Origin: an uncultured delta proteobacterium
Lineage (GTDB): Bacteria; Myxococcota_A; Polyangia; Fen-1088
DNA length: 64,000 nucleotides
Direction: 5' to 3'
NCBI GenBank assembly: GCA_963796685.1
Contig: CAWCMR010000025.1
Location: forward strand, 1,280,001 to 1,344,000
Shown here: positions 1 to 11,049 of the stretch, piece after piece
Layout: each line of letters starts with the position of its first letter
Numbering within the stretch: position 1 is the first letter of the stretch
Position numbers and translations under genes: made by a program
Notes under the pieces: model-generated
Told to the model about the DNA's origin: nothing
The model's database searches: none
The model's input: only the letters and a program-made list of their open reading frames with translations

Positions 1-947
1 ATCGCCCCTGCTCCGATCAGAAGCATTACCAATAGCGCCAGGGGCGGGACCATCAAATCCAGCGCCATGGAGATCAAGTCGAGGCGCGCTCGTCTCAATC
101 CAGTCCAGAGTAACCTTGGTCCGTAAGTCCACAGCGTCTGTAGGTGCCCAGACTCCCAACGTCGCCGCTGGGTCATCTGATCCGCTGCCGCTGGGGGTAG
201 TTGACTTCTGACCTGTACGGTAGGGCAGGAAACCGGTGCCGCCCCACGCAGTGCCAGCTCGATGCCGAGCACCATGTCCTCGACAAGATTGCCCTTCAGA
301 GCTGGCGCTTCGTGAAGCAAGCGCCACGGAAAGGCCATCCCACTTCCAGTCAGCGGACATGGTAAGCCGAGCCGGTGCAGTCCGCGAGGGCGAACGCGAT
401 TGCGAACGATCAAGGCCAAGGCGCTGATCGCGGTCTTCGTGTCGGGCTGTCCGGCAGGATGAAGAAGATATTCCGCCTGAACCGGCCGGCCTAACCGCAC
501 CGCTTCCACGGCAAGCCTTTCGATTCCCCCTTCGGCGACCCGGCAATCCGCGTCGACGACGATGACGACATCTGGAGGATTCCGCGACAGGCTCTCGACA
601 CCGTATGCAAGCGCATAGCCTTTGCCGCGGCGCCGTTCGTCGACGCGACAAACGACCTCCGCACCGCTTTGGACCGCCAGTTCGGCCGTACGATCGGTGC
701 AGTTGTCGGCCACCACGAGGAGAGAATCGTGAGGGCCAAGGCCAGCGCGAAGCGCCGCAACCGTATCACCGATGCCAAGCTCTTCGTTGTGGGCGGGGAT
801 CAGAACGGCAACGCGTGGTCTATCTCCAACGGTGGGCGTCACGTAGGCGGATACCGGCGAAGCCGCTGCGCATTCTACCAGCATGACCAGACAGGGAATC
901 GCCAACCCAACCGCCAACAGTGCTAACAGCACGTCCAATGCAAGCAT
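1..947 (-). CDS. GT2 family glycosyltransferase (EpsU-like), 3' end runs off the window
   Basis: Not in the ORF track; translated by hand from ATG at 947: N-terminal TM, VAVLIPAHNEE, VVADNCTD, GKGYAL, VDADC (DxD), LVEDM and QRRRW motifs; open to base 1. Confidence 0.9.
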   Translation of the reverse strand, partial: MLALDVLLALLAVGLAIPCLVMLVECAAASPVSAYVTPTVGDRPRVAVLIPAHNEELGIGDTVAALRAGLGPHDSLLVVADNCTDRTAELAVQSGAEVVCRVDERRRGKGYALAYGVESLSRNPPDVVIVVDADCRVAEGGIERLAVEAVRLGRPVQAEYLLHPAGQPDTKTAISALALIVRNRVRPRGLHRLGLPCPLTGSGMAFPWRLLHEAPALKGNLVEDMVLGIELALRGAAPVSCPTVQVRSQLPPAAADQMTQRRRWESGHLQTLWTYGPRLLWTGLRRARLDLISMALDLMVPPLALLVMLLIGAGA

Positions 948-1187
948 GTCAGGTGGATGCTCGATTCATGGCTCGTGAAAGATGCAATCATGAAAAGGCA
1001 AACACGGGGCTTTGTCAAGGCAGCCACCGCGACGCGAGCGGACACCGAATTGACAACGCAGGTGGGAACTGTCAGCCTCCAGTCGCTGTGGCCCCCAGTG
1101 GCAAGGTCGAATTGCCGCTCGCAGGGGAGCGCCAACGAGACTACGATGTCACAATAACCCAGGAACGTCCGTCAGCCCCGCACATCA

Positions 1188-2432
1188 ATGCATCGCATCG
1201 GCTATTTCATTCCTGAGTTCCCCGGTCAGACGCACATCTTTTTCTGGCGTGAATATCAAGCGCTCAAGCGGCTTGGGATCCAACCTGAGCTCGTCAGCAC
1301 GAGGCGCCCTCCGCCCGGGATCGTGTCGCACAATTGGTCCGACGACGCCATAAGGCATACGACTTATCTCTTTCCCCCAAGTCTTTCCCGCATCGGTGAA
1401 GCTGTCGTCGGCACCGGCCGTGCCGGTTCGCGTCGCTGGTTGCGCTGCCTGTCGTCCATAGCCCGTGCACATGGCTTTGCAAGCTCGGCCAGTCTGCAAC
1501 AGCGGGCGCGCCTGCTCGGACTTGCCGTGATGGGGGCATCCCTTGCCGAGATTGCCCGGCGAAACGGATGGACGCATGTCCATTGCCACTCTTGTGCCGA
1601 TGCTGCGCACATCGCACTGTTTGCACATCTGCTCTCGGGGCTCTCGTACAGTTTGACGTTGCACGGGCCTCTCGTCACGTATGGACCCAATCAAAGGGAG
1701 AAATGGCGCCACGCCACCTTGGGAATTGTGATTACCGAGCGGCTTCGTGCCGAAGTCGGGCGGGACCTCGCGGGAGCGCTGCCGCAACAATTGGCGGTCG
1801 CTCCCATGGGCGTCGATACCGAACGCTTTCGCCGGCGACAGGCTCGCGAATTGTGGGGGGGAAAGGGACCGTTCCGCATCTTTTCGTGTGGGCGACTCAA
1901 TCTATGCAAGGGCCACCGTGATTTGGCCGAAGCCATTGCGCTTCTGCGGGCAGAAGGAATCGATGCCCGACTCGTGATTGCGGGCGAAGACGACGCTGGC
2001 GGCATGGGATATAGGAAGACGCTCGAGGCTGAAATCCGCGAGCGAGGAGTGGCGGACTGCGTTGTCTTACTGGGGGCCGTCGATGAGGACCGAATCATTC
2101 GGGAATTGCAGCAGGCCCATGTTTTTGCGCTCGCCAGCCACGCGGAACCGCTCGGTGTGGCTATCATGGAAGCGATGGCGATGGAGATCCCCGTTGTCGT
2201 CACAACCATGGGAGGTGTCGAAGAGCTCGTGCAGGAGAATGTCGACGGCCTGTTCGTGCCCCCCATGCAGCCGGTCCTGATCGCCAATGCCTTGAAGCGT
2301 GTCGCACAAGATCCGGAACTGGCCCTGCGTCTTGGCGATCATGGTCGTTACACAATCCTCGAGAAGTTTCAGGCGAGCCGCAGCGCCGAGGTTCTGGCAA
2401 AGCACATCCAGGAACGTGCCGCCTCCTCGTAG
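1188..2432 (+). CDS. GT4 glycosyltransferase (WcaL/EpsE-like)
   Basis: IGYFIPEFPGQTHIFFWRE, HVHCHS, GRLNLCKG, and the E-x7-E motif SHAEPLGVAIMEAMA. Confidence 0.9.
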   Translation: MHRIGYFIPEFPGQTHIFFWREYQALKRLGIQPELVSTRRPPPGIVSHNWSDDAIRHTTYLFPPSLSRIGEAVVGTGRAGSRRWLRCLSSIARAHGFASSASLQQRARLLGLAVMGASLAEIARRNGWTHVHCHSCADAAHIALFAHLLSGLSYSLTLHGPLVTYGPNQREKWRHATLGIVITERLRAEVGRDLAGALPQQLAVAPMGVDTERFRRRQARELWGGKGPFRIFSCGRLNLCKGHRDLAEAIALLRAEGIDARLVIAGEDDAGGMGYRKTLEAEIRERGVADCVVLLGAVDEDRIIRELQQAHVFALASHAEPLGVAIMEAMAMEIPVVVTTMGGVEELVQENVDGLFVPPMQPVLIANALKRVAQDPELALRLGDHGRYTILEKFQASRSAEVLAKHIQERAASS

Positions 2433-2458
2433 AGGCAGGTTGGGGAGAGTGGACCAGT

Positions 2459-3545
2459 ATGCGGACAAGTAAAGGAAACGCGAAGAAAGCGGTGCTGGTT
2501 GCGCCGGTCGTTGCCGACTTTGATCCCGGTTACAACCAAAGCATTGCCCGGGTGCTCGAAGCCCATGGCTTTGATGTGAAGAGCTCGACCTTTTTCGTGC
2601 CTAGCCCCCCCGGGGTCATCAACCGAATCCGAATCGACCTGGGAACGCGGCTCGGGTTTGCTGCGTACTATCGCAATTACGTTCGCGACTACAACGCCTC
2701 GCTGCGTCTATTGCTGGGTGCTCATCGGCCGGATCTCGTCCTTGTCATACGTGGCGGGACGGTATTCCCGGAGACGCTCGATGCGATCCAGGGGGCTGTC
2801 AAGGTTCTTTGGTTGCACGACCGGGTGCAACGGTCGGGTCTCACCGAAGCGCAGCTTCGGTGCTACCAACATCGTTTCCTCTTCGAGGGGAATGACGTGG
2901 ACTGGCTCAAGGAGACCTATGGCCTCGACTCGGAGTTCTTGCCCGTCGGTTTCGACCCGGAAATCTACCACCCGGTGGAGGGTGTTCCTCGGGACGTAGA
3001 CGTCTTCTTTATCGGAGCCTACTACCCGGCCCGGCGTGCAACACTCGAAAGCTTGGCGCGCGACTTCAAGGGCAAGGTATTCAAGTTCTATGGGCGAAAT
3101 CTTCGCTATCGCGAGCCGGTAAGTTGGGTCAAAGCACTGGCTCTGTACCCTCTTCACTATCCAGGCACATTCGTAAATCGGAGCCTCCATGCGCCTGCGA
3201 TCAATCGTTTCTATGCGCGCGCCAAGATTTGTCTGAACATGCATCACCAGCAGAGTGAACAGGGGTGCAATCCGCGCGTGTTCGAGATCATGGGCGCCGG
3301 AGCCTTCCAACTCGTGGACGCCATCCCGTTCGTCAAGCAGCATTTTGACGGGCTGGTAGAGACCTACCAGGGATACGACCAGCTCTGTTCGAAGATTGAA
3401 CGTTGCCTCGCCGCTCACGATCTGCGCGATCGCCTTGCGGCGAGCAGCTACCAGCATGCTCTTCGAGCGACACACCTTCGCCCATCGAATCGTGCGTATT
3501 CTCGAAAGAAGCGAGCTCTGCAGCCCACGGGAGGGTCCTCTCTAA
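2459..3545 (+). CDS. CgeB-like (Glyco_trans_1_2) glycosyltransferase; apparent +1 frameshift near 3462
   Basis: FLPVGFDP, DVFFIGAYYPAR, KICLNMH, NPRVFEIMGAGAFQL. Removing one T near 3462 restores the family C-terminus ERHTFAHRIVRIL and a TAA at 3543-3545. Confidence 0.8.
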
Positions 3546-3607
3546 CCTCGTCGGAGCGCGCCTGGGGAACGCCATGCGATATCTGCCCACATCGGATCGA
3601 GACTGCC

Positions 3608-4969
3608 GTGACTAGCACCTTCGCAGAGATTGTCCTGGGACTCTTCATCCCACTCGCGATTGGCGCATTCTTCTTCATGCGGCCTCTCACGGCCGCGATG
3701 GTCGTCGCTTTCGGTGGAGAAATGTTCCTCCCGGTGGGCCCGTCCTTCCATCTGCCATTCTGTCCTCCCTTCAATAAGATCAACCTTCCATACCTGTGCA
3801 TTTTGGTTGGTTGCCTTCTGAAGAATCCAGTGAGATTCACGAGGCCTCCCAAGGAACGATGGTTTCTGGTCTTGTCGTTCCTCACGCTCGTCAGCGGTAC
3901 CATGACTGGGCTCACCAACGGCGACCCTTTGTTGTGCCAACCTTCGGTCGGATGCTTAATTCCTGGATTGACGTTCAAAGACGGGATGTTCGTCGCCGTC
4001 TCCGAGTTCGTTCCGGCCATTTTGGCATTCTACCTTGGCTACTCGCTTGTGCGCACGGCGAGAGATGTCGAACACCTACTGGTTGGCATTGCAACGGCAG
4101 GCCTCCTATACTGTCCATTTGCCATCGTCGAGATGCGCATGAGCCCCCAATTCCACAGGTGGATATTCGGCTACGATCTCGGCGGATTCGAGATGACCAT
4201 GCGCTGGGGTGGTTATCGCCCCATGGTATTCATGCGTCACGGGTTGGCATTGGCTCGGTTCTTCATGATGACGACGTTGGCGCTCTTTCTGCTGACGCGT
4301 ATAAGACGCAAACTGGGAGGATTGCCAATACGATTTCTCGCCTGGTTTCAGGCTTTTATCCTCGTCTTGTGTAGGAGTACCGGTGCCATTGTTCTAGGTG
4401 CCATCGGCGTTCTGTCCCTCTTATCCCTCAAGCCGAAACGACGACTCCTCTTGGGGACAGTCCTGGCCGCTGCGACGCTGCTCTATCCCTTGCTGCGCGC
4501 TGCGGACCTTTTTCCAGTCGCTCAGCTGCTCGACGCCGGTGGGGAATTGGGTGAGGATCGACGAGGTTCTCTTGCCTATCGCTTCGATAACGAGGACGAG
4601 CTGCTGGCACATGCACGCGAGCGGATCCTTTTCGGGTGGGGAGAGGCAGGACGCAATCTCGTGTACAACGGGCGCAATGGCTACGGCAGGGTGACGGACG
4701 GATACTGGATTATCGTTCTCGGCTTCGCTGGAGCAACGGGTTTCGTCATCAGCTTTGGAATCCTACTGTGGCCGGTATTGCGGTTGCCGGGCAAGCTGAG
4801 AGGCCACGCGGACGAATTGGAGAAGGAGACACTGATAGGCATCAGCCTCATCGTCGTTCTTGTGACGACGGACCTCATTCCCAATGGTCTTTGGTCCTAC
4901 TACGTCTATTTTCTTGCCGGTTCGCTCTCGCGGCGGTCGAGGGAGATCCAAATGAGTCGGCTACCATGA
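3608..4969 (+). CDS. wzy: Wzy polymerase / O-antigen-ligase-like polytopic membrane protein
   Basis: GTG at 3608; about 11-12 hydrophobic segments; EMRMSPQFHRWIFG, RWGGYRPMVFMRHGL, SLAYRFDNE, ERILFGWG and VTDGYWII typical of EPS-locus Wzy_C proteins. Artefactually fused to the upstream ORF in the track. Confidence 0.75.
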   Translation: MTSTFAEIVLGLFIPLAIGAFFFMRPLTAAMVVAFGGEMFLPVGPSFHLPFCPPFNKINLPYLCILVGCLLKNPVRFTRPPKERWFLVLSFLTLVSGTMTGLTNGDPLLCQPSVGCLIPGLTFKDGMFVAVSEFVPAILAFYLGYSLVRTARDVEHLLVGIATAGLLYCPFAIVEMRMSPQFHRWIFGYDLGGFEMTMRWGGYRPMVFMRHGLALARFFMMTTLALFLLTRIRRKLGGLPIRFLAWFQAFILVLCRSTGAIVLGAIGVLSLLSLKPKRRLLLGTVLAAATLLYPLLRAADLFPVAQLLDAGGELGEDRRGSLAYRFDNEDELLAHARERILFGWGEAGRNLVYNGRNGYGRVTDGYWIIVLGFAGATGFVISFGILLWPVLRLPGKLRGHADELEKETLIGISLIVVLVTTDLIPNGLWSYYVYFLAGSLSRRSREIQMSRLP

Positions 4970-5002
4970 ATCGAGTAATCGCAACTCGAAGTCCATAGCG
5001 GT

Positions 5003-6464
5003 TCAGGTTGCGATCCCCTGGCGCTTCTGCTGCAATCGATCCCACCCGTAGACGCAGGCCCAACCAGCCCCGACGCAAACGGTGATGACCAAGCCCTCGA
5101 TAAGGACGCCCAGCTTGGCCGGGCGAAAAACCACGGAATGCAAGGATGTCGCGATCCAGCGCGCCGCCAGCATTCCCACCAAGCTGGTAACCAGGACCAA
5201 GCCCGAGAGCGCCAAATCCTGACCCAGGCAAGCAACCCCTCTGCGCCGAGCGCCGACCACGGATGCCACGTAGCGAAGCAGCTCGGTGCTTGCGAGACCC
5301 ACGACAGCACCCGGGAATCCCCAACGTGCGTACCCAACCGGAATGAGGACTACCATCCCCGCGAGTTTCACCGCGTTGCCGATGGCAATCCATTTCGGTT
5401 GTCCCAGCGCGAGCAGGGCCGTGCCATTGGCGGTTTCGAGCGCGAGCAACCAGATTCCCGAGGCAAGAATCTGGATGATCCAGCCAGCACTCGTGGCCCG
5501 CGATTCGTAGAACAAACGGATGAGCGTGGGCCCCCCGCTGATGAAACAGGCCGAGGTGAAACCGCTGAGAAGCAACCACGGCCTACGGGTTCGTCGAAAA
5601 TCCAAGGAAAAGTCAGTGCCTTCGTAGTGTAGTCGGCTGAGCAAGGGGAAGAGCACGGTACTGAAGATCCGGCTGATGATCGAGAGCGGCATGGCCGCCC
5701 AGGTGGTCGCAACGCTGTACACTCCAAGGAGGCCCATTGGAATCAGCTTTCCAAATATCAGGCGGTCAGATTGCATCACTGCAAACGTGAGCATGGTACT
5801 CGCAAAAATCCATCGGCCGAAACTCAGCAAGGTTCGCGCGCAGATCGGATCCCATCGGAAACGGTTCTGAATGCCGGGGAGAAACGTATGGCTGAGGACG
5901 AGTCGAACGACGTTTGTAACAGCGGCCCCCAGAAGAAGTGCCCAAATGCTCCGGTATGCCCACGCCCAAAGTACCATGGTGATGAGACCAGAGGCCTGCC
6001 CTGCGAGATCCAATGCAGTGAGTCTGCCGAGAGAAATCGTCCTCGTGAGCGAGAAAAGCCGCGTTGAGTTGAAGCCGGAGACGAGGGACACGAGCGCCGC
6101 AACCGGGAGCAAATGGGCGAGTTGAGGCTGGTGGTAGAAGACAGCAACGGGCTTGGCGAGGATGAAGGCGGCGAGACAGAGCAAGCATTCACGGATGACC
6201 TGGATGGTCCAGGCAGTATTTAGGTAGTCGGGATCGCCGCCGCGCTCGTGCTGCACAATGCTGGGCCCGATACCCACATCGGAGAACATGGCAAGCCCCG
6301 TTAGGCACACATTGACAACGGCCATCAAGCCGAAAGCCTCTGGATAAAGCAGCCGCCACAGGATCAGGTTGTTGAGCAGACGGAGTCCCTGGCTACTCGC
6401 GTAACCCGTTAGGGTCCACGCTGATGCCCTCGCAACCCTGGAAGCTCAGGATCTGGGCGTTCAT
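5003..6464 (-). CDS. wzx: Wzx oligosaccharide flippase; apparent frameshift near 6443
   Basis: RASAWTL..SQGLRLLNNLILWRLLYPEAFGLM, FSDVGIGPSIVQ, NTAWTIQVIR, QSDRLIFGK..LGVYS. The probable ATG at 6464 is one base out of frame. Confidence 0.88.
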
Positions 6465-6554
6465 CGTGTGCTTCTCACCTTCCCCACTGAGGGGTGAATG
6501 ACTCGAAGCGTTCATGGGAGAGGATGGTACCTGTTCCACGGCCTGGTTGGCGCT

Positions 6555-7655
6555 CTATAGTTCGCCGGACCGATGGCGCTCGACTGCGTGACGCAGTCCC
6601 CGTTCGAAGCGATCGGTGGCCTCATCCCAGGTGTAGCTCCTGGCGGTTTCGTAGGCAGCACTCGACATCGCCTGCCACTCCGGCTCTGTCTTGGAGAATA
6701 CCTCGATGAGATGGCCAGCCAGACCTTGCGAATCGCCAACCGGAACGAGATAGCCGTTGACGCCATGTCTGATCGAGTCGACCGCACCCCCAACACGAGT
6801 CGAAACCACCGGGCAGCGGCAGGCCATGGCCTCGAGAATGGGCAAGTGAAAGCCCTCGGCGTAGCTTCCACACAGCCAGACGTCGCAACGAGCATACAGA
6901 TCGCGCAATTGATCCTGCGGTGGACGCAGATGGTATTGGGCTTTCGCCGGAAGCGGCAGGGTATCCTCCGGGGGCGAAGCTCCGAACGACACCAATTGAA
7001 TTTCGGGAATCTTCTCGGTCGCAAGGGAGAGCGCGGCCAGGCTCACCGCGCAGCCTTTCCAGGGCGTTCCCGTATACAGAAGGCCTACGGTTGGCACAGG
7101 CTGTCGCCCCCGCGGAGGTGCATGAAACTGCTGCGTATCAACGCTGTTGGGTACCCAGGTGGCCTTGGCATCGCCATACTCATCACGGGCAAGATCGACC
7201 AACCACTGGGATATCGTGATCTTGTGCAGAGGAAGGCGCCAGGTCGCTTTCACCCGATCCTTCGGCAAGTAGTCGAAGACCTCGTGGTGTTGGATGAAAT
7301 AGGCTTTCGCGCCCTTCGCTGGCGACAAACGGGCAACCCATTCTGCAGTCTCCCACCAAGTTGCGACCACCACGTCTGCATCAGGGACATCATTGTCCGT
7401 GACCGGCCGATTGCTCTCCAGCACCCTATGCAAAACTGGCACGCCGTCGAGATGCGATGGCGAATCCTTGGGGATCCTCGCAAAGCGACCTCGCCTCAGG
7501 AAGAAGCGGGCCTGGTCGTACCAGCTCGCTCGGGCCATGGGCTGGGACACGACAACCACATCGTGTCCGCGTTCGGCGAGGTGCTTGGCATAGATGGCAA
7601 CGACACGTATGCCACCGTCCAAACTGGCGTGGGGAAGAATGAAGGTAACCCTCAT
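6555..7655 (-). CDS. GT4 glycosyltransferase
   Basis: GGIRVV..YAKHLAERGHDV, DADVVVATWWET, SYAEGFHLPILEAMAC. Confidence 0.9.
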   Translation of the reverse strand: MRVTFILPHASLDGGIRVVAIYAKHLAERGHDVVVVSQPMARASWYDQARFFLRRGRFARIPKDSPSHLDGVPVLHRVLESNRPVTDNDVPDADVVVATWWETAEWVARLSPAKGAKAYFIQHHEVFDYLPKDRVKATWRLPLHKITISQWLVDLARDEYGDAKATWVPNSVDTQQFHAPPRGRQPVPTVGLLYTGTPWKGCAVSLAALSLATEKIPEIQLVSFGASPPEDTLPLPAKAQYHLRPPQDQLRDLYARCDVWLCGSYAEGFHLPILEAMACRCPVVSTRVGGAVDSIRHGVNGYLVPVGDSQGLAGHLIEVFSKTEPEWQAMSSAAYETARSYTWDEATDRFERGLRHAVERHRSGEL

Positions 7656-7896
7656 CTACGGACTCTAGCATGCAACCTATACGCCGATCTGACGAGGAGC
7701 AAGATCTCGGACAGGTGTCGGGACCTCATCGAAATCGATTGCCTCCATGCCAGCATTCGCATACTTGTAGCTTGGACATGCCGACGGAGGTAGCGACCAG
7801 TGAAACCCCATGCCGCGTCGTTGGCACCTCGCGCCTGATGCATGTGATCGAAACCAAATCGCTCGAGGATTGCGGAAACCGTGGCCTGAGATCGCC

Positions 7897-9211
7897 ATGA
7901 CTGGAAATCATCCCAGAGTACTCCTCATTGCCGAGGCAGCCAATCCCGACTGGGTCAGCGTGCCTCTGGTTGGGTGGCACATAGCGTCCTCCCTGAGGAA
8001 GGTTGCGCACGTTCATGTCGTGACCCAGCAGCGGAACACCGAGGCATTGGTGCGGGCGGGCTGGGTGAAGGATGGGGATTTCACTGCGCTCGACAGCGAG
8101 GCGGTGGCCGCGCGGATGTGGAAGCTGACGAGTCGACTGCGTGGTTCCTCGGGTGTGGCGTGGACCTTGGCCACCGCGATGTCGGTGCCTTCCTACTATT
8201 GGTTCGAGCATCTCTTCTGGACGAGGTTCGCTGCCGAGCTTCGCGGTGGAGCGTGGGACATCGTCCATCGCGTAACCCCGCTTAGCCCCACGGTTCCGAG
8301 CCTCGTAGCCAGACGGCTCCGCCGAATCGGAGTTCCGTTCATGATTGGGCCGCTCAACGGCGGAGTTCCATGGCCACGCGAATTCGTCAAAGCCCGGTGG
8401 CAAGAGAAGGAATGGCTTTCCTACGTTCGGGACGCGTACCGGCTCCTACCGGGATCGCGGAGCATGCGTGACAGCTCTTCCGCCATCCTGGTGGGGTCTC
8501 GAGCAACCCTGCAACAACTGGGCAAGCGATGGAGTGAGAAGGCGGTCTATATCCCGGAGAACGGAATTCTACCGGACCGCTTCAGTGAGCCAGTAGCTCG
8601 GCCACCGATGACGCCCCTCCGCATCGTCTTCGTCGGGCGTTTGGTTCCGTACAAGGGGGCCGACATGCTGATCGAGTCCTGCGCAAACCTGGTGAAGGCG
8701 GAGAAGGTGCAGTTGGAGATAGTAGGTGACGGTCCGCAAAAGGCATTGCTCGAACGGATGGTCGCCGAGCAAGGGCTCGGCCTGTCTGGTGGCGTCACGT
8801 TTGCGGGATGGTTGAGCCAGGCCGAAGTGGCGGAACGTTTCTCGCGTTCTCACGTGTTGGCCTTCCCGAGCGTGCGCGAGTTTGGCGGCGGGGTGGTCTT
8901 GGAAGCCATGGCTTCGGGTGTGGTTCCTGTAGTTATCGACTATGCCGGTCCGAGCGAGCTGGTTACTCCAGCGACAGGCTATCTCATCCAGCTCGGGTTC
9001 CCGGCACGACATCGTGAGACGGTTGCGCGACCAGTTTGAGAGCTTGGTGCAAGACCCGGAGGCCATCAAGGCGAAGTCATCAAGGGCCCGTTCGCGCGTT
9101 GAGCGCTGGTTCACCTGGGAGCGCAAGGCGGAGCAAATCTCGGCCGTGTATGCCTGGGTCCTCCGCCGAGGGCCCAAGCCGGACTTCGGTATGCCCTTTC
9201 CGGGCCACTAG
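7897..9211 (+). CDS. GT4 glycosyltransferase; apparent +1 frameshift near 8998
   Basis: RVLLIAEAANPDWVSVPLVGW, FVGRLVPYKG, FPSVREFGGGVVLEAMA. The C-terminus (FTWERKA..VYAWVL) continues in the next frame to TAG 9211. Confidence 0.88.
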
Positions 9212-9240
9212 ACGTGCAGACGTCAGCGCGAGCAGCCGAA

Positions 9241-10905
9241 TCAGTTCGTCAGTGGTTTGGCGCCCTTGAATCCATTGGATGATCCCGTCACATATGCCTG
9301 ACAAGTTGCTCCCGAAAGGGGGCATTCGACGCTCCCGTTCTTCCACGACCACCAGAGCCAACTCATGCCATCCGCTGCTGCCTGATCGATCTCGGCCTGG
9401 TAATCACCGGCCGTGTCGCTCGCGTAGTTGTCGACGCCGATCTCAATGGGGAACGACTGAGTTGCGGCAAATTGATGGATGGCTTGCGCTCCCGTGAGAA
9501 CTCCGTTCTTGCCCAGGAACAGGCTACCTTGCCACGCATTGTAATATCCATCGCTCGTGCCCCAGTATGCTTGCCATCCGAACATCGTCTGGGGGTTGCC
9601 ATTCACCTGCACGGTGTCCACGGCGCGAATGGCGTCGCCGTATTCGGCGATACAGTATAAGTCGCGACCTGAATAGTTGGCCATGATCTCGAGTGGATTC
9701 GTGTAACCTTGCGATCGGAAGAACTGGATGTTGGTCTTGGCGGCACCAGCCCAGACCACGCGCACGGCCTCCGTGCTGGCATCCCCAGTGCTGATGAACT
9801 CCTGTCCCGCGTCTATGATCACATTGCTGCGGTACTTGCTCATCAAGTCTTTGAGCCACTGGCGGCTCCACACGGCCAGGTAGCAAGACGATGGAGTATT
9901 GCTGGAGCAGGTGTCTCCAACGGGGGAGGTCAAAGAATAGAAATTGCCTCCACCCAGCGCGCTGGAGATAAGGTGGTTCTGGGACGAATCCCAAGTAAAG
10001 AGAGATACCCAAACCAGCATGTGCTTGGCAACGGCCTTGGCGAGAAGCGTATCGAATCCAGCCGGCGTCATGCCGTTCGCCGCATCGAGTGTCAATAGCA
10101 TACGCATGGCATTTGCGCCCAGCCCGGTTATTGTGTCGATGTCCCCGGTCTGGTCCGCGCCAGCCATGACATCCTCGGGACCGCGCGCAACGATGACTTT
10201 TCCAGCCGAATCGTAGATCTCGTTGCCGATCAGTTGGATGCTCGCAGTGCTCGCAGGCTCTCCGCCCGAGCTCACGATGCCACCAGCTCCGGTCACGCCA
10301 CCCGTGGTTGCCAAGCCACCTTTTCCGCTCGTGCCACCGGCGCTGGTCACGCCACCCGTGGTTGCCAAGCCACCTTTTCCGCTCGTGCCACCAGCGCTGG
10401 TCACGCCACCCGTGGTTGCCAAGCCACCTGTCCCGCTCGCGTCGTGAGTGCCGCCGGTTGCGTCGGAACCGCCGGTTCCGCTTCTGTCGCCCGCGACGGT
10501 CGAAACACCGCCAGAGCCGCCGCTCGCCCCGCCACTATCAGACTGCGTCGTAAGCTGATTAGCCGCGACGGTAATCTCAGCCAATGCGGATTTCGATGGG
10601 TCTGCGTGACTTGTCGCGATAACATGGTAGGTGCCCACAGAGGAAGGGGCCGTGTAGAGGCCAGTAATTGTGACGGAGCCCCCAGAAGTCCCCTCGGCCA
10701 CGGACCACGCCACTTGGATATCGGAGGATCCTGTGACCAAGCTGGCAAGAGGCACGCTCGCGCCAGGCGCAATCGTTACATCCCTCGGTTGCAAGATGAC
10801 GGCAATTTCACTGGTCCCAGCTTTGGAGTTGGAGTTTACTTGCGAGCAACTTGCAGTGATCAGCAAGATCGGGAGTAGCCACGCACGCCGTGCAACGACC
10901 TTCAT
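9241..10905 (-). CDS. Lipoprotein: Ig-like domain, Gly/Thr-rich linker and GH5-like (beta/alpha)8 glycoside hydrolase domain
   Basis: GAGGT RBS before ATG 10905; lipobox ITASC; Ig-like GLYTAPSSVGTYHVIATSHADP; GH5-like GANAMRMLL, VIIDAGQEF, FPIEIGVDNY, GMSWLWWSW. Confidence 0.65.
   Translation of the reverse strand: MKVVARRAWLLPILLITASCSQVNSNSKAGTSEIAVILQPRDVTIAPGASVPLASLVTGSSDIQVAWSVAEGTSGGSVTITGLYTAPSSVGTYHVIATSHADPSKSALAEITVAANQLTTQSDSGGASGGSGGVSTVAGDRSGTGGSDATGGTHDASGTGGLATTGGVTSAGGTSGKGGLATTGGVTSAGGTSGKGGLATTGGVTGAGGIVSSGGEPASTASIQLIGNEIYDSAGKVIVARGPEDVMAGADQTGDIDTITGLGANAMRMLLTLDAANGMTPAGFDTLLAKAVAKHMLVWVSLFTWDSSQNHLISSALGGGNFYSLTSPVGDTCSSNTPSSCYLAVWSRQWLKDLMSKYRSNVIIDAGQEFISTGDASTEAVRVVWAGAAKTNIQFFRSQGYTNPLEIMANYSGRDLYCIAEYGDAIRAVDTVQVNGNPQTMFGWQAYWGTSDGYYNAWQGSLFLGKNGVLTGAQAIHQFAATQSFPIEIGVDNYASDTAGDYQAEIDQAAADGMSWLWWSWKNGSVECPLSGATCQAYVTGSSNGFKGAKPLTN
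10279..10440. repeat. Three tandem 54-bp coding repeats (GGLATTGGVTSAGGTSGK)
   Basis: Unit gccaccrgcgctggtcacgccacccgtggttgccaagccaccttttccgctcgt at 10279, 10333 and 10387 with few mismatches. Confidence 0.95.
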
Positions 10906-11049
10906 TTCGACCTCTCGAAGTCGGATTGGCACAAACGGGATCACGAGTGGCTGAAGTATGAGGCACCCCTTACTGAAAGTCAGGGAAGAAAATGAGATCG
11001 ACTCTCAGTTGTACACAGCCTTCTGTAGGGATAGGTGGGCGATCGTAAT

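Noticed and set aside
2459-4969. 836-aa glycosyltransferase-Wzy fusion in the ORF track
   Set aside because: The conserved GT C-terminus (HTFAHRI) and a stop lie in the +1 frame and the linker reads as non-coding; best explained by one extra T near 3462.
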